A stretch of 64,000 bases of DNA, taken from an uncultured Gammaproteobacteria bacterium. Its GTDB lineage: Bacteria; Patescibacteriota; Microgenomatia; UBA8517. Location: assembly GCA_964427735.1 (NCBI GenBank), contig CAYRUS010000001.1, forward strand, positions 602,201 to 666,200. The letters run 5' to 3'. How positions within the stretch are numbered: the first letter of the stretch is position 1; each line of letters begins with the position of its first letter. The notes under the pieces were generated by a model. That model was given only the letters and a program-made list of their open reading frames with translations. It was not told the DNA's origin and made no database searches. A program made the translations under genes and the position numbers. Shown one piece after another: positions 26,677 through 37,636 of this stretch.

Positions 26677-27978
26677 TTACTCAAAGCCTATTATCTGGTG
26701 AGCATTTTTAAATGGGTTAATACCTGTGGTTTCTTTTAATATGTGTAAATTTTTATTTAATTCACTCGCATTTATCCTCAGATATTTTTCTGCAATTGCT
26801 TGATTATCAAATAACGCTTCCACTACTTCTAGCCTAATTGTTTGGAAAAAACTTTGTAATAGGTGATTGGTACAATTTAAATTAAAAGCCGCGATTTTTA
26901 AATTTGCTTCTAAAATTGTGTTATCTCTACTTATTATTTTGCTTTTTGACTTATTGTCTCGACTCTTCCGTGCATTTTTTGCTGTCCTTATAAATTGCAT
27001 ATATTCATTTGCATGAAGACAGGCCTCAATTAGTATTGAATAATTTATATTTTTTAGCCTTATTTTTTCACCCGTTGATAGACTATATATCTCAAGGTCC
27101 AAATTAGGGTTATCACTATCCCTGTATTTTGAATAGATATCTCCCGAAGTGTTAAGGTGCACAATAGTTTCATTAATTTCTTTAATTGTTCTTTGCTGAA
27201 AATTATTTATGTTAGGGAATTTCTTTGCAGTTAGGGGTACGAAAACAAATCTTGCTATTGAAAGTTGGAGAATTGGTTCGTGCAAATTTGTTGGAAATGT
27301 AATTTTATCTTCTATGATGCTTGTAGGAGTTAGTCTGTCAATTACTAAGGCAAGAGGTATTTTATCTAAGAATTTTTTTCCGGAAGAATAGTAAGGATAT
27401 AAGTTTACAGCTGTTGCCACCTCAAATTGAGTGGTTTGATAATAATTTAATTTTTCTAATAGAAGCCTGATTGCAGAAAGGGCAGTAAAAATAATCACTG
27501 ATTTATCTTTAGCTTTATGAAAATCAAGACTTGAATAGTATTTTACGATTTCATTTTTTATTTTTTCTTCCTCTCGTCCTAGGTTTCCCTTTTTCTTTGA
27601 TTTTGTGTCGGCTAATTCTTGAAGCCAATAGCCATTTTTTCTGTGCATATATGCCAACAATTCGTCTATAGAGCTAAAATCAGTGTTATAGATAATTTCT
27701 CTAATATTATGAAGTGCGACTCCTATAATTATTGGTTCAGTAAGTTCTTTCTTTTGTGAATTGTTAGTTTGTTCAATATAGGGTTCATCCACATTCTTTG
27801 GTAGCAAAGAGAGTTTTCTAGGGGATAAACCATGCCGGGCAAACTTGAAGTACTGGTCTAGTGTAATTCTGCAGGCTTCTGGATATTCGATAGTTGGTAT
27901 TTTTTTATGGTCAATTGTTTGTTCTGGAAAAAGTTTATCTGTAAAGCTAAGTTGGTTTGACAAACTTTCACTACCCAT
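26677..27978 (-). CDS. Hypothetical protein, possible degenerate PD-(D/E)XK nuclease fold
   Basis: IIIGVALHNIRE...FEV...LVIDRL...IIEDK resembles the AddB/Cas4-like G..H, E, D, (D/E)xK motif order. Confidence 0.5.
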   Translation of the reverse strand: MGSESLSNQLSFTDKLFPEQTIDHKKIPTIEYPEACRITLDQYFKFARHGLSPRKLSLLPKNVDEPYIEQTNNSQKKELTEPIIIGVALHNIREIIYNTDFSSIDELLAYMHRKNGYWLQELADTKSKKKGNLGREEEKIKNEIVKYYSSLDFHKAKDKSVIIFTALSAIRLLLEKLNYYQTTQFEVATAVNLYPYYSSGKKFLDKIPLALVIDRLTPTSIIEDKITFPTNLHEPILQLSIARFVFVPLTAKKFPNINNFQQRTIKEINETIVHLNTSGDIYSKYRDSDNPNLDLEIYSLSTGEKIRLKNINYSILIEACLHANEYMQFIRTAKNARKSRDNKSKSKIISRDNTILEANLKIAAFNLNCTNHLLQSFFQTIRLEVVEALFDNQAIAEKYLRINASELNKNLHILKETTGINPFKNAHQIIGFE

Positions 27979-28041
27979 AACTTTGTAACTTTAACATATT
28001 TATACGCTGTTGACATTTGTTCAAAAATAGTAAGATTAAGT

Positions 28042-28710
28042 ATGGTAAAGATAAAAGATTTACCTAACTTCAAAAGACCTAGGGAAAAATTGATTGAAAA
28101 TGGACCTTCTGCATTAAGCGATAATGAATTATTAGCAATTCTGCTTAGATCAGGTTACAAAAAGCTATCCGCTATTGATTTGGCTAAGAAGGTTTTAAAG
28201 AAAAAAACTCTAGTCCGTCTTAAAAACACATCTTTTGAGGAGTTGGTTAATATAAAGGGAATTGGGATTTCCGGTGCTTCGAGTATTATTGCTGCATTTG
28301 AGATTTCAAATAGGGTTTCCAATCAAAAAACACTTTTAACGGTAAAGTCCCCTGGGGATGTCTTAAAAGTTACTAGTAATCTACGAAACAAAAAAAGAGA
28401 ATACATGGTTGCTTTGTATTTAAATGCAAAATCTGAGCTAATTAAAAAACAAATTATATCAATTGGTACGCTTACAGAAAGCTTAGTTCATCCTAGAGAG
28501 GTCTTTGCTCCAGCAATAAAAAATCATGCTGTAAATGTTGTTTTAGTTCATAACCATCCTTCAGGAAATTGTGAACCAAGCAAAGAAGATATTGCTGTTA
28601 CTAGAGCTTTAATAAAAGCAGGTGAGCTGTTAGGAATATCTATTTTGGATCATATAATTTTATCTTCTATGGATGCTATTAGTTTAAGAGAAAAAGGATA
28701 TTTTGATTAA
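28042..28710 (+). CDS. radC: RadC (JAB/MPN) family protein
   Basis: RPREKL...G..ALSD.ELLAILL, HhH KGIG, VHPREVF and HNHPSG...PS..D. Confidence 0.95.
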   Translation: MVKIKDLPNFKRPREKLIENGPSALSDNELLAILLRSGYKKLSAIDLAKKVLKKKTLVRLKNTSFEELVNIKGIGISGASSIIAAFEISNRVSNQKTLLTVKSPGDVLKVTSNLRNKKREYMVALYLNAKSELIKKQIISIGTLTESLVHPREVFAPAIKNHAVNVVLVHNHPSGNCEPSKEDIAVTRALIKAGELLGISILDHIILSSMDAISLREKGYFD

Positions 28711-28794
28711 ACTGTGTTTGTGATAGTAAAATGTATATGTAAAGAAGGTCCTTTATAAACTTACAATCCAAAATCTGCTAGAATGACCTCTACA

Positions 28795-31404
28795 ATGAAA
28801 AAGCCTTCTGTCCGAGAATTTACAACTCCGATGATGCAGCAGTATAGCGAGATTAAAAAGCAGCATCATGATAGTCTTCTTTTTTTTAGAATGGGTGATT
28901 TTTATGAATTATTTCTTGATGATGCAAAAGTAGGAGCAAGAGTTTTAGGCATAACTTTAACACGAAGACCGAGAGGAAAAGATGGTGATATTCCAATGGC
29001 CGGTGTTCCATATCACGCAGCAGATAGCTATATAGCAAAATTGGTAAAAGCAGGATTTAAAGTTGCAGTTTGTGAGCAAGTAAGCGAACCAGACAAAAGA
29101 GGGATAGTCGACAGAGAAGTTGTGAGAATTGTAACTCCAGGTACAGTTATGGATGAAAAGGCTTTAGAGCAAAGAGAAAACAACTTTACAATCAGTCTTT
29201 ATTATGATGATCGAAGCATTGGAATTGCAATAGCAGACATTTCTACTGGTGATTTTCAAGTAAGTGAGTTTCCACTTGGAGGTAACTTTAAAGAAATTGT
29301 GTTAAGAGAAATTGCAAATATTTTACCTTCTGAATGTATTTTAAATGAGGAAATGTATAACAACGCAGAATTATTAAAAATTCTTTCTTCATTTAGTATT
29401 AATGTTTTTAAATACGAGGAATGGGATTTGCATGCACGTGATGGAGACAAACTACTAAAAAAGCATTTTAGTGTTAAAGATTTAGGAGCTTTTGGCTTAG
29501 AAGGAAAAACAACTGCAATCACAGCTTCTGCAGCTTTACTAGGTTATCTCAAACATACTCAAAAAGAGAAAGTAGGTCACATTAGGAGTGTAAGAATATA
29601 TAATCCAAATGATTACGTTTTATTGGATAGGTCAACAATAGTTAATTTAGAGTTATTTTCAACAATAAGAAACAAAGAAGATAGAGGTTCGTTTGTTAAT
29701 TTAATAGATCAAACACAAACAGCAATGGGTGGTAGACTCTTAAGAGAATGGCTGAAAAGACCATTGAAGAAGAAAAAGGATATTATAAAAAGGCTTGATT
29801 CAGTAGAAGAGTTTTATGACAATCCTCTTTTAAGAAAAAAAATCAGAAAAACACTTAATAATATTTATGATATAGAAAGAATAGTTTCAAGACTTTCAGT
29901 AGGAATGGGACTTGCTGCAGACTTAATCAACTTAAAAGATTCCCTAAAAAATATTTTGTTTCTGAAATCTGCTCTTAAAGATTTTAATACAAGTAAAACA
30001 AAAGAAATCAATAAATCCATCTCTTCAAAACTTATTGACATAATTAGTCTCATTGAAACACATATAAGCGAAGTAGAAAAAAATGGGATATTGATAAATC
30101 CCGGTGTGAATAAAAAACTGGATCAGCTAAGAAAAATAACTTTAAAAAGTAAGGACTGGATAATTAATTTGGAACAAAAAGAGAAACAAAAAACAGGAAT
30201 TTCAAGTTTAAAAGTTCGTTTTAATAAAGTGTTCGGTTACTATATTGAAGTCAGTAAAAGTAATGCCGATTTAGTTCCAGAAAGCTACATTAGAAAACAG
30301 ACATTAGTTAACGCCGAACGATTTGTGACACCTGAGTTAAAAGAGCAAGAAGAAATTATTCTTTCAGCAGAGGAAACAATTCAATTATTAGAACAGAAAA
30401 TATTTAACGAAGTTATAGAAAAATTATTGAGACAGACTGACATGTTACAAAAGGCAGCAGGAGCAATGGCAGAACTTGATTGTCTCACGACATTTGCCCA
30501 AGTTGCCTTTAGAGAAAGATATGTAAAACCTGAAATATCCACAAAAGGGAAGCTAGAAATAACAGAAGGACGCCATCCTGTCGTAGAAAAACTCCTGCTT
30601 GAGGATGATATTCAATTTGTTCCAAATGATGTATATCTGGATCAAAATAAAAACCAATTGCTAATTATTACTGGTCCTAATATGGCAGGAAAGTCTGTTT
30701 TTATTAGGCAGGTTGCATTAATTACTTTAATGGCACATATTGGATCATTTGTTCCAGCAAAAAAAGCAACAATTAGTTTAGTGGACAGAATTTTTGTAAG
30801 AAGTGGAGCTAGCGATGTAATTTCCTCTGGGCTTTCTACTTTTATGGTAGAAATGGTAGAAACTGCACATATTCTAAATCATGCAACCAATAAAAGTTTA
30901 ATTGTTGTTGATGAGATCGGTCGGGGTACAAGTACCTACGATGGAATTAGTATTGCTTGGGCGGTGGCTGAATATATAGTTCGAAACAAAAATATTGCTG
31001 CAAAAACTTTGTTTGCAACTCATTACCATGAGTTAACTCATTTAGAAAAACAATATCCTGATAAAATTAAAAATTATCAAATGGCTGTTGAAGAGGAGAA
31101 TGGAGAGCCAATCTTTTTGCATAAAGTGATTTCGGGTGCAACTCCCCATAGCTACGCTGTTGCTGTGGCAAAACTTGCCGGTGTTCCTGAAGAAGTTACG
31201 AAAATGGCTTTAGAAATTCTTGATTCTTTAGAAGAAAGAGTCGATAAGCCAAAAGCCCAGTGGGAAAATGGTAAAGCCAATATTTATAAACAAATTCATG
31301 AGGAGCTAATAAACCTTGAAGTAAATAAAATAACTGGTATAGAAGCATTAAATAAGCTTTATGAGCTAAAAGAAAAAATAAATGAAGATAAAAATACTGC
31401 CTAA
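28795..31404 (+). CDS. mutS: DNA mismatch repair protein MutS
   Basis: TPMMQQY, FRMGDFYELF, TGPNMAGKS, STFMVEM, DEIGRGTST and FATHYHEL; start 28783 or 28795. Confidence 0.97.
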   Translation: MKKPSVREFTTPMMQQYSEIKKQHHDSLLFFRMGDFYELFLDDAKVGARVLGITLTRRPRGKDGDIPMAGVPYHAADSYIAKLVKAGFKVAVCEQVSEPDKRGIVDREVVRIVTPGTVMDEKALEQRENNFTISLYYDDRSIGIAIADISTGDFQVSEFPLGGNFKEIVLREIANILPSECILNEEMYNNAELLKILSSFSINVFKYEEWDLHARDGDKLLKKHFSVKDLGAFGLEGKTTAITASAALLGYLKHTQKEKVGHIRSVRIYNPNDYVLLDRSTIVNLELFSTIRNKEDRGSFVNLIDQTQTAMGGRLLREWLKRPLKKKKDIIKRLDSVEEFYDNPLLRKKIRKTLNNIYDIERIVSRLSVGMGLAADLINLKDSLKNILFLKSALKDFNTSKTKEINKSISSKLIDIISLIETHISEVEKNGILINPGVNKKLDQLRKITLKSKDWIINLEQKEKQKTGISSLKVRFNKVFGYYIEVSKSNADLVPESYIRKQTLVNAERFVTPELKEQEEIILSAEETIQLLEQKIFNEVIEKLLRQTDMLQKAAGAMAELDCLTTFAQVAFRERYVKPEISTKGKLEITEGRHPVVEKLLLEDDIQFVPNDVYLDQNKNQLLIITGPNMAGKSVFIRQVALITLMAHIGSFVPAKKATISLVDRIFVRSGASDVISSGLSTFMVEMVETAHILNHATNKSLIVVDEIGRGTSTYDGISIAWAVAEYIVRNKNIAAKTLFATHYHELTHLEKQYPDKIKNYQMAVEEENGEPIFLHKVISGATPHSYAVAVAKLAGVPEEVTKMALEILDSLEERVDKPKAQWENGKANIYKQIHEELINLEVNKITGIEALNKLYELKEKINEDKNTA

Positions 31405-33034
31405 AGACGTTATCTCAAAAATATCTGCAGGAGAAGTGGTTGAAAGGCCATCTTCAGTGGTTAAAGAACTTGTGGAAAATTCCTTGGATGCGAAAGCTTC
31501 TTTTATCAGAATTGAGCTAGAAGATGCAGGGTTAACTAAAATAATGGTGACAGATGACGGGGAAGGAATGGTGAAGGATGATCTTGTGATATCCGTAAAG
31601 CCTCATACCACAAGTAAATTGAATAATAATGATATTCATGAGATTAAACATTTAGGTTTTCGGGGAGAAGCGCTCTCAAGCATCGCAAGTATCAGTAAGC
31701 TAGAGATAAAAAGCAAAGCAAATAGATCAAATAAAGGTGCTTTTCTTGAGATTATAAATTCAAGAGAACAAAACATTTCCTTTGTTGGTATGCCAACAGG
31801 CACAAGTGTTGTTGTCAAAGATCTATTTTCAAATGTACCCGTTAGAAAAAAGTTTTTAAGACGACAAACAACAGAATTAAAAAAAATAACAGATGTTGTT
31901 ACAAAACTTGCATTAGCTCACCCAAAAACAGGTTTTATTTTGTCTCATAACGGTAAAGTAATAATTGAACTTAGAGAGAATCAAAAAAAGAAAGATAGAA
32001 TAAGAGATCTTTTAGGAGAGGATTTTTATTTTCATTTAATGCCAATAAAAGTAAATGGAGAAAGTATTGAGTTGTCTGGGTATATTGGGACTCCACAAAT
32101 TTCTACAAAATCTTCTCATCGACAGTTTTTGTTTGTTAACAATCGTCCTGTAGAAAGTAATTTAATTTCAAGCGTGGTAAAAGAAGCATATGGAAGCTTG
32201 CTTGATCCTCGTGCGTATCCTGCATTTATTCTTTTTATTGAGATACTACCAAGCTTAATTGATGTAAATATTCACCCTAGGAAAGAAGAAGTAAAATTTA
32301 TAAACAAAGAAAATATTGCCCAACTTCTTGAGAATTCCATAAAAGCAACATTAAATAAATACGACTTAACTTTTAGAAAGAGAAGTACTTTTAAAACAGC
32401 AGATTTACAAACTGCGTTTCTTTTAAAAGAAGAAACTACTCCATGGAGTGTTAGAAAATTTAGCAAGAGTGAAGTATTGCAAATACATGATACTTATTTA
32501 GTAATGCAGTCAGATGAGGGAATGATGATTCTAGATCAGCACGCAGCTCATGAGAGGATTTTGTATGAACAGTTTTTGGAAAAATTTGAAACAAGGAAGA
32601 AAGATACTTTTAAATTAAAAAAGCCTGTTTTGTTTGAGTTACCCGTTTCAGAGGCAGTTATTCTGGAAGAAAGTCTAGATATCTTAAAGAAGTTAGGCTT
32701 TTCAATGGAAGATTTTGGAAAGAGATCATTTAAAGTGAGTTCTGTCCCAGAAATTTTTAAAACAAGGGATATTTTTGGTTTGATTTCAGAATTTGTTAGT
32801 GACTTGGCAATGGAGAAAAAGCCAGATAGTTTAGACGAGAAATCAAGGCTCACAATATCTTATTTGTCTTGTAGAAGTGCAATTAAAGCAGGTGATAAGC
32901 TAAGTAAAAAGGAGCGCGAAAGTCTTATAAAAAAACTATCAAAAACAAAAACAAACTATACATGTCCGCATGGAAGACCTGTAAGAGTAGAAATCCCAAA
33001 AGATGAATTAGAAAGGATGTTTAAGAGAAGGTAA
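31382..33034 (+). CDS. mutL: DNA mismatch repair endonuclease MutL
   Basis: AGEVVERP.SVVKELVENSLDA, GFRGEAL.SI; endonuclease motifs DQHAAHERILYE, SCR and CPHGRP. Confidence 0.97.
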   Translation: MKIKILPKDVISKISAGEVVERPSSVVKELVENSLDAKASFIRIELEDAGLTKIMVTDDGEGMVKDDLVISVKPHTTSKLNNNDIHEIKHLGFRGEALSSIASISKLEIKSKANRSNKGAFLEIINSREQNISFVGMPTGTSVVVKDLFSNVPVRKKFLRRQTTELKKITDVVTKLALAHPKTGFILSHNGKVIIELRENQKKKDRIRDLLGEDFYFHLMPIKVNGESIELSGYIGTPQISTKSSHRQFLFVNNRPVESNLISSVVKEAYGSLLDPRAYPAFILFIEILPSLIDVNIHPRKEEVKFINKENIAQLLENSIKATLNKYDLTFRKRSTFKTADLQTAFLLKEETTPWSVRKFSKSEVLQIHDTYLVMQSDEGMMILDQHAAHERILYEQFLEKFETRKKDTFKLKKPVLFELPVSEAVILEESLDILKKLGFSMEDFGKRSFKVSSVPEIFKTRDIFGLISEFVSDLAMEKKPDSLDEKSRLTISYLSCRSAIKAGDKLSKKERESLIKKLSKTKTNYTCPHGRPVRVEIPKDELERMFKRR

Positions 33035-33037
33035 TTA

Positions 33038-34336
33038 ATGAGAGAATTAATTGTTGATCTTCATATTCATTCTCATTTCTCAAGGGCAACGAGTAAATTG
33101 ATGAATATCGAAAGCCTTTATTCCTGGGGAAAAATTAAAGGAATAAATGTTATTGGGACAGGGGATTTTACACATCCTTTTTGGTTTAAAGAGCTAAAGG
33201 AAAAATTAGAACCAGCTGAAGATGGTTTATTTAAATTAAAAGACGAATATGCAAAAGTGCAGGATAAGCAACTTCCCAAAAGCATCCAAAAAAATTTAAT
33301 TCGATTTGTACTTACTGTCGAGATAAGTAACATTTATAAGCGTCATGGTGTAGCAAGAAGACTCCACAATGTAATTATCATGCCGACGTTTGATTCTGTG
33401 TTTAAATTTAATGCAAAGTTGTCGCAAATTGGTAATTTAATGGCAGACGGCAGGCCTATTTTGGGAATGGATAGCAGGGATCTTTTGGAAATATCTCTAA
33501 CTGTTGATAAAAACTCTCTTTTTATTCCGGCTCATATCTGGACACCATGGTTTGCTATGTTTGGTTCTAAGTCGGGATTTGATTCAATAAAAGAAGCATT
33601 TGGGGATATGGCTAGTGAGATAAAGGCTGTTGAAACAGGACTATCTTCTGATCCTTATATGAACTGGAGACTTTCCCAGCTTGATGGAATAACATTGGTA
33701 TCAAATTCTGATGCTCATTCTCCTGCAAAGCTTGGTAGAGAAGCAAACATAATTAGTTGTGCCTTAAGCTATTCAGAAATCATTGATGCAATAAAAACTG
33801 GCGATAAGCGTTTTGTTGGGACTATAGAGTTTTTCCCAGAGGAAGGAAAGTATCATTATGATGGTCACCGTGTGTGCAAAGTGCGTTTTGCTCCAAAAGA
33901 TACAAAAAAATTAAAAGGTATTTGTCCTGTATGTAATAAACCGTTGACCGTAGGGGTTGACTACAGAGTGGATGAACTAGCAGATCGTGAAGTTGGATAT
34001 ACACCTCAAAAGCAAAAAAAAGTTGAGTATATTATTCCTTTAGTTGAGATGATTGCAGAAGTGAAAGGAGTGAAGAGTGTTAATTCCAAAACCGTCCAGA
34101 ATTTTTATGAACAAATGTACACAAAGTTAGGTGATGAGTTTTCAGTGCTGAGAATAGTACCACTAGAAGACATAAAAAAACAGGGGTTTGAAAAAATGGC
34201 ACTAGTGATTGATAAAATGAGAAGAGGAGAAATACATATTGAACCAGGATATGATGGAGTTTACGGTGTGATTAAAGTTTTTAAGGGGAATGGTGAACTT
34301 GATGAAAAGGTTGATCCTCAGATGAAGTTAATATAA
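33038..34336 (+). CDS. Endonuclease Q family (PHP domain) protein
   Basis: DLHIHS.FSRATS, GTGDFTHP, PAHIWTPW, ETGLS.D, SNSDAHS...LGRE, GKYH.DGHR.C...CP.C and PGYDG.YG. Confidence 0.9.
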   Translation: MRELIVDLHIHSHFSRATSKLMNIESLYSWGKIKGINVIGTGDFTHPFWFKELKEKLEPAEDGLFKLKDEYAKVQDKQLPKSIQKNLIRFVLTVEISNIYKRHGVARRLHNVIIMPTFDSVFKFNAKLSQIGNLMADGRPILGMDSRDLLEISLTVDKNSLFIPAHIWTPWFAMFGSKSGFDSIKEAFGDMASEIKAVETGLSSDPYMNWRLSQLDGITLVSNSDAHSPAKLGREANIISCALSYSEIIDAIKTGDKRFVGTIEFFPEEGKYHYDGHRVCKVRFAPKDTKKLKGICPVCNKPLTVGVDYRVDELADREVGYTPQKQKKVEYIIPLVEMIAEVKGVKSVNSKTVQNFYEQMYTKLGDEFSVLRIVPLEDIKKQGFEKMALVIDKMRRGEIHIEPGYDGVYGVIKVFKGNGELDEKVDPQMKLI

Positions 34337-34394
34337 TAAATACTAGGCAGCGGAAATAATGCAGATTATATGCGGAAAAAGTTAGTCTAATAGT

Positions 34395-34748
34395 TTACAA
34401 ATGTTCATTTAATGCCACAGCAAGCTCATTTATTTCCAATGGTTTGGGTATAAAATAATCTGCTCCTGCTTTATAAGCAGAAGAGTTAACAGAAGAATCA
34501 GACGACATTAAAATAACCGGTATATTAAGGTGTTCTTTTATTTTTGAACAAACTTTCCTTCCGTCTGCAAAGCCAAGAAAAACATCAAGAAGAACAATAT
34601 CTGGATTATCCTCGGTATTGAATAATTCTTTTTTTATACAGTTAATGCTGCTACATTTTCGCACGTTAAAACCCGTCTCTTTTAATAAGAGTTACAAGAG
34701 CTCTGCTATGTTTGGATCGTCTTCAACTATAAGTACGTTTTTTTCCAT
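34395..34748 (-). pseudogene. CheY-like response regulator with an in-frame TAA at codon 19
   Basis: MEKNVLIVEDDPNIAELL*LLLKETGFNVRK...PDIVLLDV...DG...PVILMS...GADYFIPKP; stop at 34692-34694. Confidence 0.85.
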
Positions 34749-34877
34749 AAATGTTATAGTAAACAAGAATGTTGGAGAACAATATAAAACATCGTAAGAA
34801 AGGAGTGATATTTAGCCTAAATAACTGCTTAAACTTATGGTTTTGAATTTTACCGTTTGCTTATTTATACTATTTCC

Positions 34878-35438
34878 ATGCAAGAACAGTATTTTCCCGA
34901 AGGTTTTAGTCTAGAAGAGATAGAAAAGTTAAAGCAGGAAGTTGTTAAGTTTAGAGATATTGCTCCTTTATCAAATGTTCCTGAAGTATACCCCAAAGCA
35001 TTGTTCAAATTATTAGATGTTGACGAGCTTCCTGAAAATCGTACCCAGAGACTAAAACTTTATGCCAATGTGGCCGAAAGATTATTTGAACAGGAATTTG
35101 AATACGATGTTGGATTATTTGCAGTTAACTACGCGTTAGCAGTTTCAAGTATGAAAGTCTTAATCAATCTAGAGATTCAACACACAAGCTTTAAAAGAAG
35201 TTATAATTTTACGAAATCAATTACAGGATTTATTGATAAAGAGGTAGAGAGAGAACTAAATCGACTCGAAAAAAATATCGATCGAGTTAATGTAATAGCC
35301 TATGATGCGATAGGCACATGTATCCTGGCAGAAAAGTTTGTTGAATCAAGTGTTCTAGAAAAAACAAGTAAGTTTGTTGAAAACTATTTTTCTGATTTGG
35401 AGAACAAAAGAAGACTGGAAAGAATTGTTTCGAAATAA
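34878..35438 (+). CDS. Hypothetical protein
   Basis: Open frame with host-like composition; TATACT 6 nt before ATG 34878. Confidence 0.65.
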   Translation: MQEQYFPEGFSLEEIEKLKQEVVKFRDIAPLSNVPEVYPKALFKLLDVDELPENRTQRLKLYANVAERLFEQEFEYDVGLFAVNYALAVSSMKVLINLEIQHTSFKRSYNFTKSITGFIDKEVERELNRLEKNIDRVNVIAYDAIGTCILAEKFVESSVLEKTSKFVENYFSDLENKRRLERIVSK

Positions 35439-35509
35439 CAAATTAATTTAAAGTATTACAGAAAACATGCTACGAAGTTAAATAGATAAAGGTAACATAT
35501 AAAGAAAAT

Positions 35510-36613
35510 TTACAATCTTTCTTTGATAAACTCCTGAACTACACTAAAATCATTCATTCCGGCTCTAGGGATGAGGATAAATGCACCACCTGAACTGGTT
35601 GAGGCGTTAAGTACATTTTGGTCGGTTAACTGAATATCTGTAACCTCATATTTATCCTGATCCACAAATACTTTAGCCAAAGAAAGTGCTGTTGAAAGGT
35701 CAATATTTGTTTTATGGAATCTTTGCAGTTTTCCGTATAAATCTTTTGTTTTTGTCAAAGCTTCTAAGGATATTAATTTATTTTTAATACCTACCAGTAA
35801 TGCAAATTGACGTTGGCTTCTAGAAAAGTCTCCACCGTGTTGTCCTGAATGTCTAGATCTTGCGAATTTAAGAGCTGTTGCACCATCCATTTTAGTTGTT
35901 CCTTTATCAAACTTTAAGAGCTCATAACGGCAAGGAAATTGTTTTTGTAATTCAAAACCAGAGTATTTTCTGCTAACTTCACCTACTTCTTCAGGAGTCA
36001 TTCCACAGGTTTCAAGCTCTTTTCCTTTGGCAGGATACCAGTGGTCTTCAAATGCTACAGGTACATCTACTTCTATACCACCTAAATTATTAATAATTGT
36101 TTCAAACTGACCAAAGTCAACAGATATATAATAATCAATATCAAATCCAACTACGTTAGAGATTACGTCTTTGGCTAGATTTCCTGCACCGTGTTCTCCT
36201 TTGTATTTTTCGTTTTTTTGAGGGTTATTTTTATCATCTGCACCAATTGCATGGGCAAAATTGATTTTATTCTGAACAGGTTTTGATCCTACAGGAATTT
36301 CTACCCATAAATCGCGGGGGACAGAAATAAGAGCAATCTTTTTGTTTACTCTATCAATACGAGCAACAATTTGTGTGTCCGAGAGAGTTCCTCCTGGGTG
36401 TCCTAAACCTCCATACCCAATAAATAAAACAGAAAAAACATCTTTGTCTATTTCTTCAGTTTCCTGTGCTTCGACTTCATTAACTACTTCTTGATGTGAC
36501 GACGGGGAGCTGTTTGATTTTATGTAGCTAAATATTCCAAAACAGATCGCAAAAAGAAAAAGTGCTATTGCTGAACCAATAAGTGATTCTTTTTTGTTAG
36601 GCAGGCGTTTCAC
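35510..36613 (-). CDS. LCP (LytR-CpsA-Psr) family protein
   Basis: N-terminal TM; SDT, ISVPRDLWV, KIN.A, GG..VDV, AL.FARSRH..GDF.RS.RQ. Confidence 0.92.
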   Translation of the reverse strand: MKRLPNKKESLIGSAIALFLFAICFGIFSYIKSNSSPSSHQEVVNEVEAQETEEIDKDVFSVLFIGYGGLGHPGGTLSDTQIVARIDRVNKKIALISVPRDLWVEIPVGSKPVQNKINFAHAIGADDKNNPQKNEKYKGEHGAGNLAKDVISNVVGFDIDYYISVDFGQFETIINNLGGIEVDVPVAFEDHWYPAKGKELETCGMTPEEVGEVSRKYSGFELQKQFPCRYELLKFDKGTTKMDGATALKFARSRHSGQHGGDFSRSQRQFALLVGIKNKLISLEALTKTKDLYGKLQRFHKTNIDLSTALSLAKVFVDQDKYEVTDIQLTDQNVLNASTSSGGAFILIPRAGMNDFSVVQEFIKERL

Positions 36614-36685
36614 TTGGAGTATATTAACTCTGATTTATGTTAGTTGCAAGTTTTTATACAAGTTTAAATAAAGTAAAATATCTGA

Positions 36686-37636
36686 ATGAAAAGGAAGTTA
36701 ACAAATGCAGTTCTTATCTTCAACCCTGCTGCTAGAGATGCAGGTAAAGCTGATCTAGTTGAAATTGTTGCTGCGCTTAAAGATGCTGGAATTAACCCGC
36801 TATACCAACATACTGCCCAAGAAGATGATTTAGAGGAAATAATTGAAAGCTGTACGGACCCTGTTATTGTGGCAGGTGGTGATGGTACTATTCGCTCTGC
36901 TGCAATAAGAGTTTTTTCTAAAGGCCTTCCTTTAATTCCGTTACCTATGGGAACTGCAAATAATTTTATGCGTTCTCTTGGGTATGAAGAACCTGCTTTA
37001 AATTTAATAACCCGTCTTTCAGACCCTCTTAAAGTATCCATTGATATCGGTAGAGTTAACGCTCCTTGGGGAGTTGATTATTTTATTGAAGGAATGGGAT
37101 TTGGACTGTTTGCAGATATGTTGGAAGAATACCGTCCAGTAACAGATAAAAAGATTTTAAGAGGGGTTAATTCATTCTTAAAGACAATTACTGATTACAA
37201 GACTTATGACCAAAAAATACTTATAGATAAAAAAGGCTTTGAAGGTAACTATGTCTTAGTAGAGATTCTTAACTCTAATTCTGTTGGTCCACGACTTCCT
37301 TTGGCTCCTAAAGCAAAGTTAACTGATGGGAAACTTGAGGTTGTTTTAGTAGAAGAAAAGGAAAACTTAGCTAAATTAGCAGTTGGCCTGGTTTCAAAAA
37401 ATATTGAAAAGCTTGAAGGAGTAAAGACAATTAGTTGCAAAAAAGTTGAATTTAGCTGGTGGGGGTTTCCTGTTCATATTGATGAAAAAGTAAAACCAGA
37501 TATAAACGAAAAAATTAACTATTGGTATAATTATGCAAAGACAGAGAATATTAAAGAGAAAACACAAGAAATTATTAATATTAAAATAGATGTTCTTCCA
37601 GGTGCATTAAAGCTTTGGTTGCCCAAAAATGAATAA
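36686..37636 (+). CDS. Diacylglycerol/lipid kinase family protein
   Basis: IFNP.A, AGGDGT, P.GTANN, DG.L.V. Confidence 0.9.
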   Translation: MKRKLTNAVLIFNPAARDAGKADLVEIVAALKDAGINPLYQHTAQEDDLEEIIESCTDPVIVAGGDGTIRSAAIRVFSKGLPLIPLPMGTANNFMRSLGYEEPALNLITRLSDPLKVSIDIGRVNAPWGVDYFIEGMGFGLFADMLEEYRPVTDKKILRGVNSFLKTITDYKTYDQKILIDKKGFEGNYVLVEILNSNSVGPRLPLAPKAKLTDGKLEVVLVEEKENLAKLAVGLVSKNIEKLEGVKTISCKKVEFSWWGFPVHIDEKVKPDINEKINYWYNYAKTENIKEKTQEIINIKIDVLPGALKLWLPKNE

